Below, piece after piece: positions 14,530-17,604 of a stretch of DNA of 17,604 bases. The position numbers were made by a program, and so were the translations under genes. Source of the DNA: a virus. The notes beneath the pieces are model-generated. The model saw only the letters and a program-made list of their open reading frames with translations, was not told the DNA's origin and made no database searches. The stretch lies in IMG/VR virus record IMGVR_UViG_3300021400_000219, positions 121,970 through 139,573 of that record. One strand, given 5' to 3'. Numbering within the stretch: the stretch's first letter is position 1; every line of letters begins with the position of its first letter.

Positions 14530-14609
14530 TTTTTTTCATTTCCTTTCCTTTTTTCTGTCTTTATTATAGCATCGGCCGGGCGATTTGTCAACCCCTTTTT
14601 TGAAATTTT

Positions 14610-14756
14610 TTAGGGAAATTTATCTCTCCCTAAAAAACAATCCCGCATAAATTCCAACTGTTCCAGAGAAAAGCGGGCCGCAAATTGTGCGGGCGTCTCT
14701 TCAAAGAGATGGTATCCGTTGGCAACCATTTCCATTACAACTTCCAGCTTTTTCAT
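14610..14756 (-). CDS. Small hypothetical protein (48 aa)
   Basis: Internal ATG, preceded by AAAGGAGGAA. Promoter TTGACA-16-TATAAT at 14787-14814. The N-terminal WYNKGTKTKEE in the track is a translated -10 element and leader. Confidence 0.55.
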   Translation of the reverse strand: MKKLEVVMEMVANGYHLFEETPAQFAARFSLEQLEFMRDCFLGRDKFP

Positions 14757-15022
14757 TTTGTGTTCCTCCTTTGTTTTTGTACCTTTATTATACCATACTT
14801 TTGGCAAATGTCAAGACCTTTTTTCAATTTTCTTTTGGTCTTTGCGGGTCCGACCCCCGCACCCTCTGAAGGGCTGTTGTCGGCTTGGAGGTCCTTCCTA
14901 CTGGGACCCCGTCCTTGATTATTATTATAGCAGATAATAGCCAAAAGTCAATTACAAAATGGTTACAATTTTATTTCAGAATGGTTACAATTTGCGCCCG
15001 GGCAAATGGGAAAAAGAGGGAA

Positions 15023-15487
15023 TTACTTCCCTCTCGCCCATGTCAGAACGTCCATAATCATTTCAGGATTGAAGGCCCAACCTTCCATTTCTTCCCACTC
15101 AATCACATTGTTTTCTTCATCGTCAAACAGAATCCCATTTTTCACGGTGGGCACTGTGCTTTTGGGCGTCCCATAGGGAACAATGTTGATTTCATCAAAG
15201 TGAACGCTTGCAAGGTGTTTCTTGAGCCAATTCTTTTTGGCTTCAATAACCTTTTCGTCAAATTCCTTGTTGCTATTCTTAGCTAACCAACTAACTACCC
15301 CGATTGTCCATCCCTTTTTCTGAAGGTTATTCAACCGACGGGCAAGGGCGTTCATGTTTACCAGAGGCTTAGCAACTTCATAGGGGAAGGGATTGTTTTC
15401 CAGTAGATAACCCAGCCAGTTTTCTACGCCGTAGAAGTTGGCGATTGTTCCATCCATGTCAAAGTAGATTGCCCGATTGATTTTCAT
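15023..15487 (-). CDS. HAD-superfamily hydrolase, 5'(3')-nucleotidase-like, paralog 2 (154 aa)
   Basis: IYFDMDGTIANF and GILFDDEE motifs. AAAAGGAG sits 9 nt before the ATG. Promoter TTGACA-16-TATACT at 15519-15546. The TAA stop is in the loop of the GAGGGAA/TTCCCTC hairpin. Confidence 0.75.
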   Translation of the reverse strand: MKINRAIYFDMDGTIANFYGVENWLGYLLENNPFPYEVAKPLVNMNALARRLNNLQKKGWTIGVVSWLAKNSNKEFDEKVIEAKKNWLKKHLASVHFDEINIVPYGTPKSTVPTVKNGILFDDEENNVIEWEEMEGWAFNPEMIMDVLTWARGK

Positions 15488-15590
15488 TTTGTTCAGCTCC
15501 TTTTCTTTTTCTGATTATAGTATACCACAAATTCCGGGATTGTCAAGAGTTTTTTTCAAAAAAATCAAAAAACTTTTTTCAAAAAACCTC

Positions 15591-15619
15591 TTGACAAATT
15601 GAAAAAACTGTGATACAAT
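15591..15619 (+). promoter_or_regulatory. Plus-strand promoter TTGACA-17-TGtGATACAAT, whose transcript starts AAAGGGGGAAUUA followed by U19
   Basis: It sits back-to-back with the minus promoter of HAD gene 2 (15519-15546). The two -35 regions form an inverted repeat, CCTCTTGACAAATT. Confidence 0.55.
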
Positions 15620-15632
15620 AAAGGGGGAATTA

Positions 15633-15651
15633 TTTTTTTTTTTTTTTTTTT
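15633..15651 (+). repeat. Homopolymeric T19 tract at +15 of a plus-strand transcript
   Basis: Counted directly. A second tract, T26, lies at 17475-17500 in the same context. There are also T13 at 13511-13523 and T-runs at 13766-13790. Confidence 0.8.
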
Positions 15652-15705
15652 GGTTAGCTTAGGCTAACTTAGGTTAGTATGTGCTAACTACCCGGGCGCA
15701 AGAAA

Positions 15706-16026
15706 TCAGCCCTTGGGCTGATTCTCGCAAGCCTTTTTATTATTGTTCAGGGTTTTCATTAAAGACTTGGGGCACTTTTCGCAGTTGTGGCAATTCTTGT
15801 AAATGCTGATTCCCTGACTAACAGTTGCGATAAACATTGTTACCAGATTGTTAGTAGTTGCATTGTATACAATCACAATCCCCTTTTCAGTGAGAACAAC
15901 CTTGCCATCGTTGTTGTCGTAGGTTTCTGCGATTGCAGGCCCAAACTCGCCCTTGCAATAGTCGATGATGTAGGAAATTCTTTCCATCCTCTCAACCTTG
16001 GCGTGATAACTGACTTTCTTTGTCAT
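15706..16026 (-). CDS. Hypothetical protein (106 aa) with a C-terminal Cys cluster (CHNCEKC)
   Basis: ATG at 16024-16026, preceded by AAAAGGGG 9 nt upstream. Promoter TTGACA-17-TATACT at 16060-16088. Confidence 0.6.
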   Translation of the reverse strand: MTKKVSYHAKVERMERISYIIDYCKGEFGPAIAETYDNNDGKVVLTEKGIVIVYNATTNNLVTMFIATVSQGISIYKNCHNCEKCPKSLMKTLNNNKKACENQPKG

Positions 16027-16149
16027 TTTTGACAACCCCTTTTCTTATTTTCTGACTAAAGTATAGCACACATTCCCGCAGTTGTCAATACCTTTTTTCA
16101 AATTTTTTCAGATTTTTTTGAACCGGGCGAATGGAAAAAGCTGGAAGTG

Positions 16150-16479
16150 TTACCACTCCCAGCCATCAAACCAACCATCATACCGAACAGAAACAATCTC
16201 ATCGTCATAGATAATGGGGGTATTTCTGTCATACATTACCATTGACACAATGTCACCCACAATCCAGTCACCTTCGCAATCTGTAAAGCACCATTCATTC
16301 CCGTTGAAATCCTTGCAGGTGACAAGTTTGCACTCGTCGTTGATTTCTACTATCACAGTTGTCATTGCATACAGGTTAGCAGTCTTTCCGCTTGCGGCGT
16401 CAGCGTTCACACTTGCGCCGATGCACATACCGCACACCATAACCACCAAAAGAACCATCACACTAATCAGCTTTTTCAT
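16150..16479 (-). CDS. Secreted Cys-rich small protein with an N-terminal Sec signal peptide (109 aa)
   Basis: MKKLISVMVLLVVMVCGMCIGASVNA followed by DAA, which is a typical signal peptide with an AxA cleavage site. AAAGGAGGAAAA sits 6 nt before the ATG. Promoter TTGACA-16-TATAAT at 16510-16537. Confidence 0.7.
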   Translation of the reverse strand: MKKLISVMVLLVVMVCGMCIGASVNADAASGKTANLYAMTTVIVEINDECKLVTCKDFNGNEWCFTDCEGDWIVGDIVSMVMYDRNTPIIYDDEIVSVRYDGWFDGWEW

Positions 16480-16585
16480 TTTGTTTTCCTCCTTTGTTTT
16501 ACTGTAATCATTATACCATACTTTTGGAATTTGTCAAGAGGTTTTTTCAAATTTCCCGGAAAATCTTTTGAGAGGGTTTCCCCTC

Positions 16586-16807
16586 TCAAAAAATGTTTAC
16601 CATTTCAGGCTTTACCATCTCAACAGGAAGGAAACAACCGCTTTTGCAGTAAACTTCTTGTTTCACGTTTCCATCTTTGATAACCAGACGATACACGCCG
16701 CAGGTTCTTCCAGCCGCTTCCATTTTTGCTTGTTTCCAAGCTTTTCCAAAAGCTGCAGTATCCTCAAACTCAAACCCCGCAACCTGATAAACAAACTTCT
16801 TAGCCAT
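16586..16807 (-). CDS. Hypothetical protein (73 aa)
   Basis: AAGGAAAGGGG sits before the ATG. Promoter TAGACA-17-TATAAT at 16840-16868. The TGA stop is inside terminator hairpin TTTTGAGAGGG/CCCTCTCAAAA. Confidence 0.7.
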   Translation of the reverse strand: MAKKFVYQVAGFEFEDTAAFGKAWKQAKMEAAGRTCGVYRLVIKDGNVKQEVYCKSGCFLPVEMVKPEMVNIF

Positions 16808-16915
16808 TTTAATGACCCCTTTCCTTAATTTCTATATTTATTATAGCATCCTGTAAGCTATTTGTCTATTGGTAAATTGCACAAAAAAGTTTTTGATTTT
16901 TGGGCATTTTTACTC

Positions 16916-16944
16916 TTGACATTCGCTGTAAATTGTGGTAAAAT
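16916..16944 (+). promoter_or_regulatory. Plus-strand promoter TTGACA-17-TGgTAAAAT, transcribing into GC-rich element C
   Basis: Hexamers and spacing. An upstream TTGCACAA box lies at about 16877-16884. Confidence 0.55.
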
Positions 16945-17046
16945 AAAATGGGGAGCTGTTGTTCGCGCGCGCCGAAGGCCGTTAGCGGCCGCTAACCGGG
17001 TGTGCGTGTGCGCACCTTTATAGCTTTAATGGGTTAAAGTAACCGG

Positions 17047-17076
17047 GTAAAAAAGAGAAGGACTTTTCAGTCCTTC
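17047..17076 (-). terminator. Intrinsic terminator overlapping the stop codon of 17067..17294
   Basis: GAAGGACU-GAAA-AGUCCUUC followed by UCUUUUUUACC. The stop TGA is in the loop. Confidence 0.65.
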
Positions 17077-17294
17077 ATCCCCATTTCTACGAAAACTTCA
17101 AAGCCTTCAAAGTAGTAAGTCCGCCATTCGCCTTCAAATTCAATTTCTTCCCGCTCCGCCATTTCAGACAGAACTACTTCAACTTCCTGCAAGGCCCGCC
17201 ATTCTGCAGCATCACCATCAAACCGAACTGCTACAACACCATCTTCAAACTCAACCTCAAAAGCTTCCAGCATTTCAAGAATCATTTCTAACAT
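17067..17294 (-). CDS. Small extremely acidic protein (75 aa, about one third E/D), candidate DNA-mimic or anti-restriction-like protein
   Basis: AGAAAGGAAA sits before the ATG. Promoter TTGACT-16-TATACT at 17347-17374. The TGA stop is in the loop of terminator GAAGGACU/AGUCCUUC, followed by UCUUUUUUACC. Confidence 0.7.
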   Translation of the reverse strand: MLEMILEMLEAFEVEFEDGVVAVRFDGDAAEWRALQEVEVVLSEMAEREEIEFEGEWRTYYFEGFEVFVEMGMKD

Positions 17295-17433
17295 TGTTTT
17301 ATTTCCTTTCTGGTTTGTTGGGTTTTCCTTCCCTCTTTCTGATTATAGTATAGCATAAATTCCCGGAAAGTCAAGAGTTTTTTACAGAAAAGTTGTACAA
17401 ATGCCGCACACATTTTTTGTACAGTTTGTCTAT

Positions 17434-17462
17434 TGACTTTTTTCTCTTGGATGTGATACAAT
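17434..17462 (+). promoter_or_regulatory. Plus-strand promoter TTGACT-17-TGtGATACAAT, whose transcript starts GAAGGGGGAUUC followed by U26
   Basis: Paralogous to the promoter at 15591. A TTGTACAA palindrome box lies between it and the divergent minus promoter at 17347-17374. Confidence 0.55.
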
Positions 17463-17604
17463 GAAGGGGGATTCTTTTTTTTTTTTTTTTTTTTTTTTTA
17501 AAGGGTTGCGCAAACCAACCCTCCGGGGAAAAGAGAAAAGGATTTTTCACCCTTTTTCTCCATCCCCATTACGTTTTAAAAGTTTTTGCCACTTTACATA
17601 ATAC

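Overview
This 17.6 kb window is a densely packed accessory region in which essentially all genes are on the minus strand. It looks like an early or host-takeover region, or a terminal-repeat region, of a lytic phage of a low-GC Gram-positive host. The host assignment rests on the ribosome-binding sites (AAAGGAGG-like) and the TTGACA-17-TATAAT promoters. SPO1-like or Herelleviridae phages have comparable regions, but this is an analogy, not an identification.

The window holds about 36 small CDSs of 34-230 aa, roughly a third of which fall below the 60-aa threshold of the supplied ORF track. Almost every gene or gene pair is its own mobile-looking cassette:
- The stop codon sits in the loop or stem of a hairpin, sometimes followed by a U-run.
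- A GTTAGC-N4-GCTAAC type palindrome follows.
- Next comes the motif GCCCGGGCG, found in about 20 copies.
- A conserved A/T-rich UP element (AATTCCATTAAATTTTTTTCAA, or GGTTACA direct repeats) lies upstream.
- A strong sigma-A-like promoter follows (TTGACA, 16-17 bp, TGnTATAAT or TATACT).
- One of three conserved leader types then leads into an SD site, often with a GGTGATAC(C/T) spacer, and the ATG.

Recognisable products:
- A DEDDh 3'-5' exonuclease.
- Two paralogous HAD-family (DxDGT) 5'-nucleotidase-like proteins.
- Four paralogs of a winged-helix DNA-binding protein (family A). Two of these are each followed by a paralog of a second family (family B).
- A signal-peptide Cys-rich protein.
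- Several tiny membrane peptides, joined to partner genes by ATGA start/stop overlaps.
- Several very acidic small proteins that are candidate DNA mimics.

Non-coding content is unusually rich:
- A 480-bp AT-rich block with adjacent direct repeats (iteron-like).
- A roughly 630-bp regulatory hub carrying eight TTAGC/GCTAA palindromes plus TTGTGCAA/TTGCACAA and TTGACGA/TCGTCAA boxes.
- Five copies of a GC-rich element with alternating purine-pyrimidine runs, (CG)n and (TG)n. Three of them lie just downstream of plus-strand promoters that fire convergently into the gene 3' ends.
- Two plus-strand promoters that run straight into T19 and T26 tracts.
- Two GC-rich transcripts bounded by a promoter and a terminator that have no plausible ORF. 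One of them carries two tandem 7-codon mini-ORFs with strong SD sites.

Plus-strand ORFs in the track are antisense shadows or promoter translations and are rejected. All product assignments come from motif reading, not from database searches.
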